Shown here one piece after another: positions 12,301 through 19,949 of a DNA stretch of 64,000 bases. The DNA lies in the IMG/VR virus record IMGVR_UViG_3300020193_000003. One strand, 5' to 3'. A model generated the notes under the pieces. That model had not been told where the DNA came from and made no database searches. It saw only the letters and a list, made by a program, of their open reading frames with translations. The stretch is from a virus. The first letter of the stretch is position 1, and each line of letters opens with the position of its first letter. Both the position numbers and the translations under genes were made by a program.

Positions 12301-13873
12301 ACTGGACCAAGCCATGGACTTCTTCCTCAGGACAGCCGAACAGGACGGCAAAGAAGATCAGGTCGCCGACCCGAGGGACAGTCTTGAGGACAGGGATGTC
12401 TCCTTCATGAAGGGGGCGGCCAAACTGGCGGCCCTCGAGCTGGCCCAGACCGAGGAGGGAAGGAAGAAGGTCAGGGAGGCGATGGCGACGGCGATTCTCG
12501 ATACTTTGGCTGGGGCCGAGCCAGCACTGGAGAAGGACCCGTCACTGAGGCGGGCCACGACCATCAGAATCCACATGAACGACAGGTCGGATCTGAGAAA
12601 GTTCGCCGGGTACGCAAGTTCGGAGATCGATGGGGATGGCAGGGTGGGGCTCGTCGTATCGCTGGTTCCCAACGTGCTGGTCTTTGACTCGAGCTTGTTC
12701 GTAGGATCCGACGAAGGCCCGTTGTCCAAGGGGCAGGGTCTGTCCGAAGTTTTCCGCTTCGCCGGCTCCGACGATTATCACTTCGGGCTCGGCGTGCACG
12801 AGTACGCGCATTTGGAGCACTACAGGTCGTGGTACGCGAGCCTCGGGTTGCGGGTCGGACGGGACGCGCCACCGTTGTCGGCGCAGCCGAAAGGTCGCCT
12901 CGGCGACAGCCTGATCGGGGCGGAAATATCCCGGAAACACAACTTTCCGATGGATGCAACCTGGGACGAGGTTCGCGAGACGTTCGCCAAGACACTCGGC
13001 AACCAATGGGATGCGCGGCAATTGGCCGACCAACACAACATCATGCATATCTCTCATGCCCCCAGCCTCGACGATTCCATCTACGAGATAGTTGAACAAA
13101 TTTCCCATGGAAGCAAAAAGGAACAATTACGACAAATAAGGGGAGCCTGGTCCAAAGACATTGGCGGACAAATAACGGATGTTTTGACCCCGGCTGGAGC
13201 AACCAACTACAGGGCGCAGGATTTCGGCGCCATGCTCAGCGCGCTGACGAGCTACGAAAGAAGCCTGGAGAATCCGTTTTTGGGCATGAATCCGGAGAAC
13301 CTGACAGAGGAGCAAAAGCGGTGGGTAATCGAAAGGATAAAAATGCCGGAAAAAATTGGTAGCAAATTCCTCGCGTTGGAAGGCAGGGATGGGTGGGACG
13401 ACGAAGTGAAGTTCCTTGACGCCCCGGCGGTGAGAAAGATCGTGAACGATGTGCTTGAGGGGCAAACGCCGGAAGAGTTCCTGGCCGAGCACAAGAGGAT
13501 CATGGACCAGGTGCTTGGTTACGACTCCGGGTTCGCCTCGACGCTTGGCGTGCCGACCGACGAGGTCATGCGGGTTCTGGGCAGGTCGTCGCTGTACGGG
13601 CAGACGAACATCATGGAGGCCGTCGCCGAGGCCCGAGTGGTGACCCTCTATGCGGAGCGTTTCCGCGAGTCGCTCAGCATCAAGCAGCTTGAGCAAGTCG
13701 AGGAGATGAGGGAAATGCTGGAACGGGTGCTCCCGGACCCGTCCGGCGGCGTGGCGGTTCGGAACCTGACGCCGGAGGCGAAGGAACATTTTGCTAGACT
13801 GGCGAGGATGTTGGGCAAACTTCCGATACTGAAACTCGACCCTGAAGCACTCAAAGCGGCACTCAGGGCGTAG
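3329..13873 (+). CDS. Giant polyvalent protein (~3514 aa): Cys motif, two zincin-like HExxH domains, Pro-rich and coiled-coil linkers, KTSC domain, GNAT acetyltransferase-like domain
   Basis: Uninterrupted 10.5 kb ORF; ATG 3329 follows GAGGA (TTG 3278 is an alternative start). HELNH (5357) with distal YAGEDDYEFAAE; SSVARDITYDPQNGDLTVTYNDDRVVTFTDVP (KTSC-like, ~10538-10650); ISPEYRGKGIA (GNAT motif A, ~11300); HEYAH (12797) with SLYGQTNIMEAVAE. Six AGM-type separators. Confidence 0.85.
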   Translation: MSPTPFRIPFNAKIVARHGTTSVYALRDGRLAFVDHTKNRTFFDGSRDVGTGTYGSGHNSAWADSRIVAVASKGGSASFAQTKALKPKQSRVPQEAPDQPGEEIPDEAFSRLMPMIPKEFLDWAASYEIGDPLPPMMPGYGGRTLCSKSINDTSYSQDDFGVDQVVERVLADMGLPDINPALAFAPEIETKGLPRMEQKGILGREIRDMARNIVDSILTARGLWKDELNKIRCGSGPNANRFTDIFGTGCDVPGADMAGNIVGAIRAGVDVPGPVDEVAGKIEGARESVADAADGIDVPGGKSSLGERLRMALTRVRGGHTPHYVADMPGDIDPAAGMSDVLNRRSDKRGGFLFVRSLVSRNKRRERAKKAVGRFESAEKMAREAFATREYRDWEQDFTLRKGRLPNQGEKLNWLAEHIGWKGQFRDAAGKLVTDEHGNPVGSFGGLADTAVVDGVVTDMTHFEAMVEQIVRDPRFVEGGNFDRLSEAQKRRRREEVARNIYEYGLQTLFAMKNAGGPEKIEQIQPDGSRILVDNPEHKKRFAEVIPTHFRVIHPTDPSNFRGLADAAVVTGVNSFEPGFDDEIDFVPLLGTDRRMTAGRPLTAGVQRHGRVAGSLPLYAHENQTRGGEIPFVASISLNPVWFTDRQTQKDKLKAFGGDHLGMDISREAFWAHTADHELNHVDDFAQRLGNKLGYWGELGGGREEWMRRLSQQTYTRTPTGGYWSNVIDLRKDAASYTFLGQQIAELDAKLAAATTTYERQKAIWFFYMQNMRFNERTMSDFARWMNRSGAGFTPGKRLSKAEQAAMLTEIFENLRARGYSEEHGVPTFSFWEDMMDTPLGYWDPATGKFEFPMDPRTGRLNPYPLNVMNLQPKWTGRRTPANVPFSENVATFGIELDPARFGPGRDPYGQARLDNSVSNLLHGYIGGTYAGEDDYEFAAELRTQLNKQGALADVREFLADPARNIHQLTEADFMTLVARYVGTDEVHRLYGEPVPGPRALPDGVIGPGGGAPPPPGAGGPPGGAPRGPMIPLGPGSPPRTPPDGGGGATPPPASPGSRGTATGPTIPTVPRADDPDIPTPDDTTPPPASPRLRGTATRPTIPMRPSDEGPEAPGDAPEPEAPSRVRGTGVRRPTRPTTDDDLVEPTVRPETDADRVSPERRRADADRERRVRELFGDEEDPAERERSGTRTTDSAEETSPDRPRTTASAARDELNAARKRARDRRFAEREEADKRAEEASRRMAEARYYEGVYGDVEQAVEDAKRNIPSDSRINPRDRERRVRTMDEQVAARRKALDKASAATDPKERRGQQIVAAALEAELMYKAGQIDYRTNERRQADLSVLADLNGTPLYRDDQGMFKLESSVPEWQRTEGPDSIDDSAESVASRTALAERMFGESEASELLGTRSSETDGPTADSQADRLRLNQIREERVNATARVADAETRHDEALRRARRTGSDPDRGGDGDPAAWADYRAAYEELNEADAENARLLRESRELEDRIPKSETPTPATTRDPSRRSYERPETPEGIIVEGETPQRQIRMINQTTGEIIYVDPSNARIMDEVRAEGFAPDVRQPTAPARRQASGREKPRTKPAREPDWVRRERARRDRAGLADDIPGYDDEPDVGMAPPVRRGSDSDGVREFLEEGDGAFMTPEQARLQRDGAVERRESAISQRERLINERDGVENGVVGRNLTDDQAQRRVEELNRQIADLERRIDDHERTAELFSEHARKLEEGIPIRGRRGGDAEAGMALYRPKNVVTTTNDPPTSMNPGTITSDGGFQAYTFDFATYEFDGPDGMERIIFEDPNLVNMDDPSIRVIPRNPYAITGTDELSEEGRSLARRYHLAKAGLMERNRLAGEKDQYDVDGYVDSLLYRASMGDPEAEALIAELSDLGEQIREEARARRIAKDLDDSFGEIAQSEIDGSKGAATLKALTPDKLALVHETKYEPRVLPDGTLEIQPLADFPTNPPSEGLDTIDGKPTYPNVNYPRHTVHFGVGGLAGGHVQRQSPKDIDPNQRVWVVVTNFGEAMDANPGSVETMRLEDTSLTPRAGEGLRFPPGTFRILELTGDKKADFATMNGAILEVGGTPLPADMDYSRYGGSARSRRISQMAAELGFPSVLDVDHPSSLGHRGSMRRGNFIDRREAFATALPIEESSLSMLSDNSLERISTSTHTYGGGVVRYVNDSDTYIELFPPDLQERIDQGLISKRDARRELTGRVEARRAARAQSADGPSAGMARGTSEEIFMRPDGTFDIGPDTGGRSALRPSRIDEEVVNQAVIQARQEVVSEVLDNPFATDQDFGRASQAIDLMEDAIGADAAERLRNRLARARARRDRNSPQTMPEIRPYLIRPPQYGDDSFGNRNRVGDMARAMSRPDDPRNPPRTATARLAHMDTANSSVARDITYDPQNGDLTVTYNDDRVVTFTDVPYERVRKAGFDDLPDDLISELENEQNQMRSRPIGRMSDGNRARRNVSGPRRLLSEGNFRSNERRQPPGAEQFDDGPSAGMGRTYETLVGTHANVVSRKRDELAKAQQTLDGIGTRRDKGLVTEDEAKAVASAFADLFSGDMRVQSNFEGRLRTELLSDGRTMVRLDAQVNWEEMVQVQDLTSIPITMQIKSADGKTIYGYASRRLEIGEDGITVHHGSLTISPEYRGKGIASEFNARNENLYKALGVRSITTSGSSSSVTSTNNPFEDQVIGTGATHWARNGFTWRDDDAKQKFIGIIDSALSRKPGIFSDEERQRISSLYKRGRSGDFQTSATAEELVDFEAADRLFAEEGAIIGYRRDLAPAEIAAPKPSRLTRIADRLGRRSRNRRDETDGPSFEPPPWDPDAELEEALDDRRARRIAESLAAAELPDFVRDWDPEAGMAETRRARSAAKRRNAAMARNVGPALKGDTDVKEKSVDPAPPPFSRRDSQKLTQVTADSDALNASIVQQRKALVDKYAPGRHGEPVESYADELMDSMGVARETGLKGKPMTFGEQLDQAMDFFLRTAEQDGKEDQVADPRDSLEDRDVSFMKGAAKLAALELAQTEEGRKKVREAMATAILDTLAGAEPALEKDPSLRRATTIRIHMNDRSDLRKFAGYASSEIDGDGRVGLVVSLVPNVLVFDSSLFVGSDEGPLSKGQGLSEVFRFAGSDDYHFGLGVHEYAHLEHYRSWYASLGLRVGRDAPPLSAQPKGRLGDSLIGAEISRKHNFPMDATWDEVRETFAKTLGNQWDARQLADQHNIMHISHAPSLDDSIYEIVEQISHGSKKEQLRQIRGAWSKDIGGQITDVLTPAGATNYRAQDFGAMLSALTSYERSLENPFLGMNPENLTEEQKRWVIERIKMPEKIGSKFLALEGRDGWDDEVKFLDAPAVRKIVNDVLEGQTPEEFLAEHKRIMDQVLGYDSGFASTLGVPTDEVMRVLGRSSLYGQTNIMEAVAEARVVTLYAERFRESLSIKQLEQVEEMREMLERVLPDPSGGVAVRNLTPEAKEHFARLARMLGKLPILKLDPEALKAALRA
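6476..6637 (+). repeat. Two imperfect intragenic copies of TPPPASPxxRGTATxPTIP in the Pro-rich linker
   Basis: actccgcccccagcctcccc...gccgacgattccga at ~6476 and ~6581. Confidence 0.75.
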
Positions 13874-13885
13874 GGGGGTGGCACC

Positions 13886-14092
13886 ATGCGCGAGCGCGTT
13901 TTCGTCACGGACCGGCGTCATTTTTACATCATGTCCGAGGACCAAAAAGAGACGTGGTACAAGGTGGTGGTGCGAAACTCCACCCTCGAGCCGCACGAGT
14001 GGGCCTGGCTGCAGCTCAACGAGCCCGAGGAGAAGCCGACGACCATAGACGACGACAATCTGGAAGAATGGCGCAAAGTCTGGAATAGCTAG
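13886..14092 (+). CDS. Small acidic hypothetical protein (68 aa)
   Basis: Starts 12 nt after the giant ORF stop, preceded by a G-rich RBS-like stretch. Confidence 0.65.
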   Translation: MRERVFVTDRRHFYIMSEDQKETWYKVVVRNSTLEPHEWAWLQLNEPEEKPTTIDDDNLEEWRKVWNS

Positions 14093-14182
14093 ACAATTGA
14101 CTGGCTCGTCGCAACCCGTCAATGGGGTACAATCAAATAGCCAGCCTCAGGTGGCCATCCACGGCAAGGGCGTAAGTTACCG

Positions 14183-16933
14183 ATGACTCGTAGAAAGATA
14201 GGTTTTGGGCGCAGGGGTCGCGACTCGTTCGTCGACGACAAGACCGACGTCGCCCTGTCGTCCGTGACGCAGCTGGCGGAGACCTTGAGGACGAAGGTCA
14301 TGCGACCCATCGGCGCCGGGCTCCTCCCCCCGCCCCACCTGGTGAGGAACGCCGACTCGGACCCCTACATCTACGAGGGGATCCCGTGGATCAACAGGGG
14401 CCGCGGGATAATCGACCCGACGCCAGGCAACGTGCAACCACTCAACAGAAGGCTGAGAAGGGAGGCGCAGGCAAACCTCGGAACCCCGGCGCGAATCGTC
14501 GCGATGCGACCAAGTCCCATGGTCACCATGAGCCACGCGGACGGGCCCGTGGCGGCCATGGTCGATCCGAGAATTCTGTCTCGCCCAGAGAACATCATCC
14601 CGATCGACGAATTCTCGGGGCCGATGCAGGAGATTGAAACCCGCGTCGACGCGATTCTCGGGCCCAAACCGGCGACGCTCAAGGAGGCGACGGACAACCT
14701 CAAGAAATTGGAGAACATCGTCAATTCGGGGGTCGCCAACGGCAACAACTTCCTGCTTGACCTCCCGTATTTTGCGGCGCAAATGCAACCAGGGTTGGCT
14801 CGGGTCAGCCCCAGGTTTGCCGGGCCGGCCACGCCGATGTCCAGTTACGACTACGGGTTGTACTACGGGATTGCGGTCAACCTGATCGATTATCCCGAGG
14901 CCTTCAGGGATGTTCATTTGACGATCACGACGATCAACAATCCCGACGAGCAAACCCCAGAAACAATTGGGGCGAACACGGCGTCCCCGCCGTCCTACTT
15001 CAAGATTTCCCCGAAATCCGAGTCCAGGAGGGAAGTTCCGGGAGGAACGCCCATGATGCTCCTGAGTCAGGTCAGGGCGGACACCGGTGTCAACGACATG
15101 TCGGGAGCCAAAATTCACCCAACCGGAGGGAAAGCCACCACCGGCGCGCGCCTGCCGCAAATCGTTTCCTTTCCCACATACAAGAGCGACGGCCAGAAGG
15201 CAACCAAATTGATGTACGGCCAACAAGCCATCCACGAACTTGAAATTCCGGAAGATTACATTGAGAAATTGGAGCAAAATCTGGCTTTTTGGGAAAAGGT
15301 CCTTGCGGCGACGGGGGTGGCGCGACAATCGCTCATCGACTCCACGGTCTCGTCCGTGGCGCTGGGTTATTTGCAGGAAATGCAAAACCTGCAAGGGAAA
15401 ATATCGCAACTCAAAGACATGACGTCCCAAACGCCCCATCCGAACGCCCTGCAGTCGGTCCGGGCGCTGGAACAGAGAATGTCGGAACTCTACTCCGAGT
15501 CCCAAAAAGCGGTCGCGATGGTGACGGCGATGCACGAAATGGGCCACGTGCTCGACTATGTGGGCGAGTACAGAAGCTCCCCGGACTATTTGAACGCAAT
15601 CGCCCAGACGTCCAGTGGCTTGAACAGCCAGTACGAGATGGATCGCGACTTGGGCGTCGCCCAAGCAATTGCACAGGGTTTGGACCACCCCATAAAGGCG
15701 GACCTAGCGGAAAATCTGTCAAGGAAGTTCGTCAAGGAAAAACTCCTGCAAATGATTGGGATCATATCCAGGAGGAAATCATTGCCGCAGGTGCGGGCGA
15801 TGGCGCAGGTCGTCGGAGACGGGCTCATGGCGATGGATGCCTCCCTGAAGGGCATGCTCCGCAAGCGGGCTTCCCCGGCCGACACCGAATCCGACGTCAA
15901 AATTGTCACTCGCGTTTGGTACGACATCCTCGCCCGCGAAGTGGGCGACATCAACAGTAGAATTATGCCGGGAACGCTGATCGCGCCGCTTGTCAACTCG
16001 CAAGTTATTGAGCCCAGGCTGGTGTCCGATCCAGCGAAATTGACGAAGATGGCCGAACAGGCCATAAGCCAGATCAGGAAAATAGGGGAGGACAGCATCG
16101 CCGCGTTCGCCGACCCCGGGGCCAGAGAGCAGTACGACTTCTACGTTGAATCCATAGATGCCCTCATCAAGGCGGCGGAGGAAAGAATCAGTCTCTTTCC
16201 TCGTCCCCAACAACGTGCGATCGCACTGGCGGTGACGGCGATAGCGGCCCACAACAGCTACCTGGAAGGGTTCAAAGCCTTCATGCTCAACACGAGCCAG
16301 GAGATGAATGATCTAGCGCAGGAAGAACAAGCTCTCGCGTATCTAGCCCCCTGGTTCGGGAACAACGTTACCCAGGAGGACATGGACCAGGCAGTCCTCA
16401 ACAACGGCAGGAAGATCATGACCGATTTGTTGACCGTCAACCCCGCGATGGTCCGGGAGTTCATGGAGATCTACGGACGCAACGAAGGCAAACCGTGGTT
16501 TGACGGCGCCGGAGCGTTTGATGCGACCGAGTACCTGAAGGACATCCTGGGGGGTGGGCCAAACAACCTGAAGGGCATAACTTTTGCCGAGCTGGTGATG
16601 GTGATAAACCAATGGCACGGAACCCAAGGAACCAACGGTTGGAAGAATCTCACCGACAAGGAGATAGGGCTCATTCGGTCCGCCGTTGACAAACTCACCG
16701 AATACGGCGGTCCGGCGGATTACGATTTCGTGATTCCTTTGCCAAAGTTCCAAATGTCAACCAACAAGGAAACCTACGCCGAGCTGCATCCGATGATCCT
16801 GATGAGAATGGAGCGAATGTTGCAAAGGCTCACCGCCGAGGAGAGGCGAGCGGTGGAGCGTCTGTACGAAGAGATGATCGCAAGGGCCAGAGCCGTCATA
16901 AACCGCACCAACCAGGGAGGCACAACGCCATGA
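14183..16933 (+). CDS. 916 aa protein with the shared N-proximal NADSDP...DPTPG motif and a zincin-like metallopeptidase domain
   Basis: HEMGH at 15533 with distal NKETYAE; PPPHLVRNADSDPYIYEGIPWINRGRGIIDPTPG at ~14327-14428. Confidence 0.8.
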   Translation: MTRRKIGFGRRGRDSFVDDKTDVALSSVTQLAETLRTKVMRPIGAGLLPPPHLVRNADSDPYIYEGIPWINRGRGIIDPTPGNVQPLNRRLRREAQANLGTPARIVAMRPSPMVTMSHADGPVAAMVDPRILSRPENIIPIDEFSGPMQEIETRVDAILGPKPATLKEATDNLKKLENIVNSGVANGNNFLLDLPYFAAQMQPGLARVSPRFAGPATPMSSYDYGLYYGIAVNLIDYPEAFRDVHLTITTINNPDEQTPETIGANTASPPSYFKISPKSESRREVPGGTPMMLLSQVRADTGVNDMSGAKIHPTGGKATTGARLPQIVSFPTYKSDGQKATKLMYGQQAIHELEIPEDYIEKLEQNLAFWEKVLAATGVARQSLIDSTVSSVALGYLQEMQNLQGKISQLKDMTSQTPHPNALQSVRALEQRMSELYSESQKAVAMVTAMHEMGHVLDYVGEYRSSPDYLNAIAQTSSGLNSQYEMDRDLGVAQAIAQGLDHPIKADLAENLSRKFVKEKLLQMIGIISRRKSLPQVRAMAQVVGDGLMAMDASLKGMLRKRASPADTESDVKIVTRVWYDILAREVGDINSRIMPGTLIAPLVNSQVIEPRLVSDPAKLTKMAEQAISQIRKIGEDSIAAFADPGAREQYDFYVESIDALIKAAEERISLFPRPQQRAIALAVTAIAAHNSYLEGFKAFMLNTSQEMNDLAQEEQALAYLAPWFGNNVTQEDMDQAVLNNGRKIMTDLLTVNPAMVREFMEIYGRNEGKPWFDGAGAFDATEYLKDILGGGPNNLKGITFAELVMVINQWHGTQGTNGWKNLTDKEIGLIRSAVDKLTEYGGPADYDFVIPLPKFQMSTNKETYAELHPMILMRMERMLQRLTAEERRAVERLYEEMIARARAVINRTNQGGTTP

Positions 16934-17298
16934 ACGACGAGGAATTTATCAAAATAAGACGGGAAATAGAGTCGATGACCAAAGACGATATCCACACCAA
17001 ATTCAATTTGCCCAGAGAGATGGACTTGAGCGAGTTGCCGATGATAGACGCGACCGCGGACAGGTTCTTCCCACCACGCGTCCATCCGTTGGCGAAACAG
17101 ATGGTTGCACGCCTACTGGACCATTCGATTCAAAATGGAGATAGTCCGTTGCAAACAAGGATAACTATGTCAATTGCTGTACCGATTATCGCAAAAGCGT
17201 TCGCGGGCGGAAACGAGGCGACCTCGGTCGACCTCGAGATTGACGAGCTTGAGCGAATCGGCGACAAAATACGGAGGTTGATCGACGATGAAAACTGA
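16930..17298 (+). CDS. Small acidic hypothetical protein (122 aa)
   Basis: ATGA overlap with the upstream ORF. Confidence 0.7.
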   Translation: MNDEEFIKIRREIESMTKDDIHTKFNLPREMDLSELPMIDATADRFFPPRVHPLAKQMVARLLDHSIQNGDSPLQTRITMSIAVPIIAKAFAGGNEATSVDLEIDELERIGDKIRRLIDDEN

Positions 17299-17863
17299 TG
17301 ACACGGGAGTGAAGGCGGATCCGCTTGGCGGCCTGCTGCCGCAGGAGGTCGTCACCGGCGACATAATGCGCGGCTACGGCCCGCGGCGCGGGAACCTCGA
17401 GCGGTTGCTGCGCTACTGGAGACCGATAATGAAAAAGCCTGGCGGCTTCCGGAGATGCAGGGTGATCCTGGCGAACCACCCCGAGCTCTACCCGCTGAAC
17501 AACATCTGCGCCTGGTTGCACCACGAGACGACGGGCCTCTGGCCCAACGAGGGTTGCCACCACCCGGGGATGAAGAACTGCAGGAGGAAGTTGCGCGGAG
17601 TGGTGAACGGGTCGCTGTGGAGCGACTCGGATTTTGACGACCGCATCAGGAAGCTGACGAGGAGGGTGACCAAGAAGAAGGACCTTCGGTCCAGCGGTGG
17701 AATCGACGCGGCGCCACCGTACGAGCCGTTCGTCCCCGTCATCACCGACGACGACTGGGACCACGCCTGGAAGGTCATGGACGACTTCGTGAAGATGGAG
17801 ACGAAGTTCGTCGCATTCGTGTGCGACGACAACAACTGGGAGATGTTCGACTCGGATGTATGA
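17288..17863 (+). CDS. Head-region protein with a Cys/His motif (LxRYW...PGGFxRC...CAxLHxxxTGxWP)
   Basis: Overlaps both neighbours in the operon; the motif resembles, from memory, one in actinophage head-module proteins. Confidence 0.65.
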   Translation: MKTDDTGVKADPLGGLLPQEVVTGDIMRGYGPRRGNLERLLRYWRPIMKKPGGFRRCRVILANHPELYPLNNICAWLHHETTGLWPNEGCHHPGMKNCRRKLRGVVNGSLWSDSDFDDRIRKLTRRVTKKKDLRSSGGIDAAPPYEPFVPVITDDDWDHAWKVMDDFVKMETKFVAFVCDDNNWEMFDSDV

Positions 17864-19949
17864 CCTTACGAAGGCGACCGAGTGCTGTCCCGGCAAGGAG
17901 ACGGTGACCAGGACGATCCTGCCGTCCATCGCCGTCTCGAGGGACAGCGTCTACACCCTCCCGTTGTCCGTGGCGATGAGCAAGCAACATGCGGTCGACT
18001 TCAAGTGCTACCAGCTGGTCAAGGTCGGGCCCCACGCGGAGGTGTACGACCACAGAATCAAGTTCAAGGCCGGTCTCGTCAGGTCGGACAATCCCGCCGT
18101 GCGCGCGGCGCAGGCCGTCGCCGGATCGGTGATCCCGGGCAACCTCTCCAGCTTCAGGAGCCCCGGGCGCTCGGCGATGTGGTCGGCGCTCACGCCCGGG
18201 GGGAGTTCGCCGATCCCGAGGGCTGGTCCCAACCCCCTCGCCAGGGCCGCCGCCGTCGCGTTCCCGAAGCCCGACAGGGGGTTCCGTTGCCCGGAGGGAT
18301 TCCAGTTCGGTGGGCAGTTCACCGACAAGTATTTCTCGACGTGTGGCAAGAAGCTATTCGTCCTCGCCGTGTCCATGCTGACGGGTGGCCCGCAGCAAAT
18401 TCCTCTGAGGTCGCCGCGTCTCACGAGGGAGCTGAACATATCCGGCATCCCGCTCGTCCCGATAGGCAACGCGGGTCAGGTGTCGTTCACGAGGAGCCCC
18501 GACATAGAGATACCAAAGGTCGGCTCGACCAACTTTGGCTCGTACAAGCAGGCGATCAAGAACGTCGCCTCCGAGATGACCGAGAGCACGAAGCCCGTCG
18601 CCAGGCTGGTGAGGAGGGACGGCGTCGTGCTCACCCCGCTGGTATCCCCATCCGTCCTGAGGACCGTACCCGACAACAGGAACATGGAGGATGCCGCTTA
18701 CATCTCCTACGTCGTGAAGCCGACGCAGATCGGTGGGCGGGAGCTGGGGATGTTCTCTAACAGCGGAATCAACTCGCTGGTGTATGTGCTCCCCAACGGT
18801 GGGACGCTCACCCTGAGGAAGACGCGCAACCTGAGCAACGGTGAGAGACGCAAGCTCGGCAAGCTCGTGGCCGAGGCGGAGAGGATGCAGAATGGCTCAG
18901 ACGCCGCCGCCAGGATCGAGCACATCGTTGCGGAGATGGACGGTCCGATCTCGTACGAGCAATCCTTCGGCGACCTGCGCGGGCCGAACGACATGATCAC
19001 GATAATCGATCCCAAGACGAAAAGGCAGCGACAGATACGGCGCTGGTACAGGGACGCATTCATGCTCGACAAGGCCCCCAGCCAGACCTCCTCCCGTACA
19101 ACGCAGATAGAGGACGAGGCCGGGATGGTCGAAGACCTCAGCTCCGCCATAGGCATGCTGAACCAGGGCGGCCAGATCGGCAACATATCCCCAGAGTTGC
19201 GAATCCCCGCGATGGACATGAGCAGGGTCGCCGAGAGCAGGCGCCTGAACAACCGCACGACCAACTACAGGATCGGGGACGAGACATTCATCGCCGTCAC
19301 TCCCACCGTCGCCAACGAGCACATCGGGGTGATGGTCGCCGCCGAGGTCCAGTCGCAGCTCGGGGCCCTGTCGCCGGAGGTGTGGTTCGCCGGGTCCGGA
19401 TCGCGCAGGCCGTACATCATCTCCTACCCAGACGACTCCGAGTCGCTGGGACGGTTCGCCAGGAGCACCGGCATGGACCTTGCCGACCCCGAGGACATGG
19501 TGAGGTTGATGATCGCCGACGTGCTCACGGACGTTCGCGATCGCAACCCGTCAAACCTCTTCACGGTCGGCGACACTTTGCGGAAGAGGACCTTCGCCGG
19601 ACCTGTCGCATCCTCCGGTGGGGCTGGCCTGACGCGCGACGAGCTTGGCAGGAGGGTGAACGCCCCGAAACTGGTGGTGCTGAACGAGATCGAGAACTCG
19701 ATGTACCGGGATTTCTTCATGCGGCTGCGAAAGGAGCAGAGGAGGCGCGCGGAGGCGCTGCTCGAGGAGTTGCTTGAGCGGGCGAGGAGATTCGATATGG
19801 GAGAATTCTTCAGGCGCATGGCGATAGACGGAAGGCTCTCGGAGGCTGAGCGCAGGCACATGGACATAGTCAAGGCAATATACGAGAACAGGGTGAGGAT
19901 CCTCTCCGGCTCCCTCAAGTTCGTGAGGAACGTAATAAATGGAATCTGA
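17856..19949 (+). CDS. 697 aa protein: N-terminal RCPxG...FTD...C motif and C-terminal HipA/PI3-4-kinase-like domain
   Basis: EHIGVMVAAEVQSQLG...MIADVLTDVRDRNPSNLF (DRN at 19539, like the DRHxxN catalytic loop); EDEAGM separator (ATG 19125) directly precedes this module. Confidence 0.7.
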   Translation: MYDLTKATECCPGKETVTRTILPSIAVSRDSVYTLPLSVAMSKQHAVDFKCYQLVKVGPHAEVYDHRIKFKAGLVRSDNPAVRAAQAVAGSVIPGNLSSFRSPGRSAMWSALTPGGSSPIPRAGPNPLARAAAVAFPKPDRGFRCPEGFQFGGQFTDKYFSTCGKKLFVLAVSMLTGGPQQIPLRSPRLTRELNISGIPLVPIGNAGQVSFTRSPDIEIPKVGSTNFGSYKQAIKNVASEMTESTKPVARLVRRDGVVLTPLVSPSVLRTVPDNRNMEDAAYISYVVKPTQIGGRELGMFSNSGINSLVYVLPNGGTLTLRKTRNLSNGERRKLGKLVAEAERMQNGSDAAARIEHIVAEMDGPISYEQSFGDLRGPNDMITIIDPKTKRQRQIRRWYRDAFMLDKAPSQTSSRTTQIEDEAGMVEDLSSAIGMLNQGGQIGNISPELRIPAMDMSRVAESRRLNNRTTNYRIGDETFIAVTPTVANEHIGVMVAAEVQSQLGALSPEVWFAGSGSRRPYIISYPDDSESLGRFARSTGMDLADPEDMVRLMIADVLTDVRDRNPSNLFTVGDTLRKRTFAGPVASSGGAGLTRDELGRRVNAPKLVVLNEIENSMYRDFFMRLRKEQRRRAEALLEELLERARRFDMGEFFRRMAIDGRLSEAERRHMDIVKAIYENRVRILSGSLKFVRNVINGI

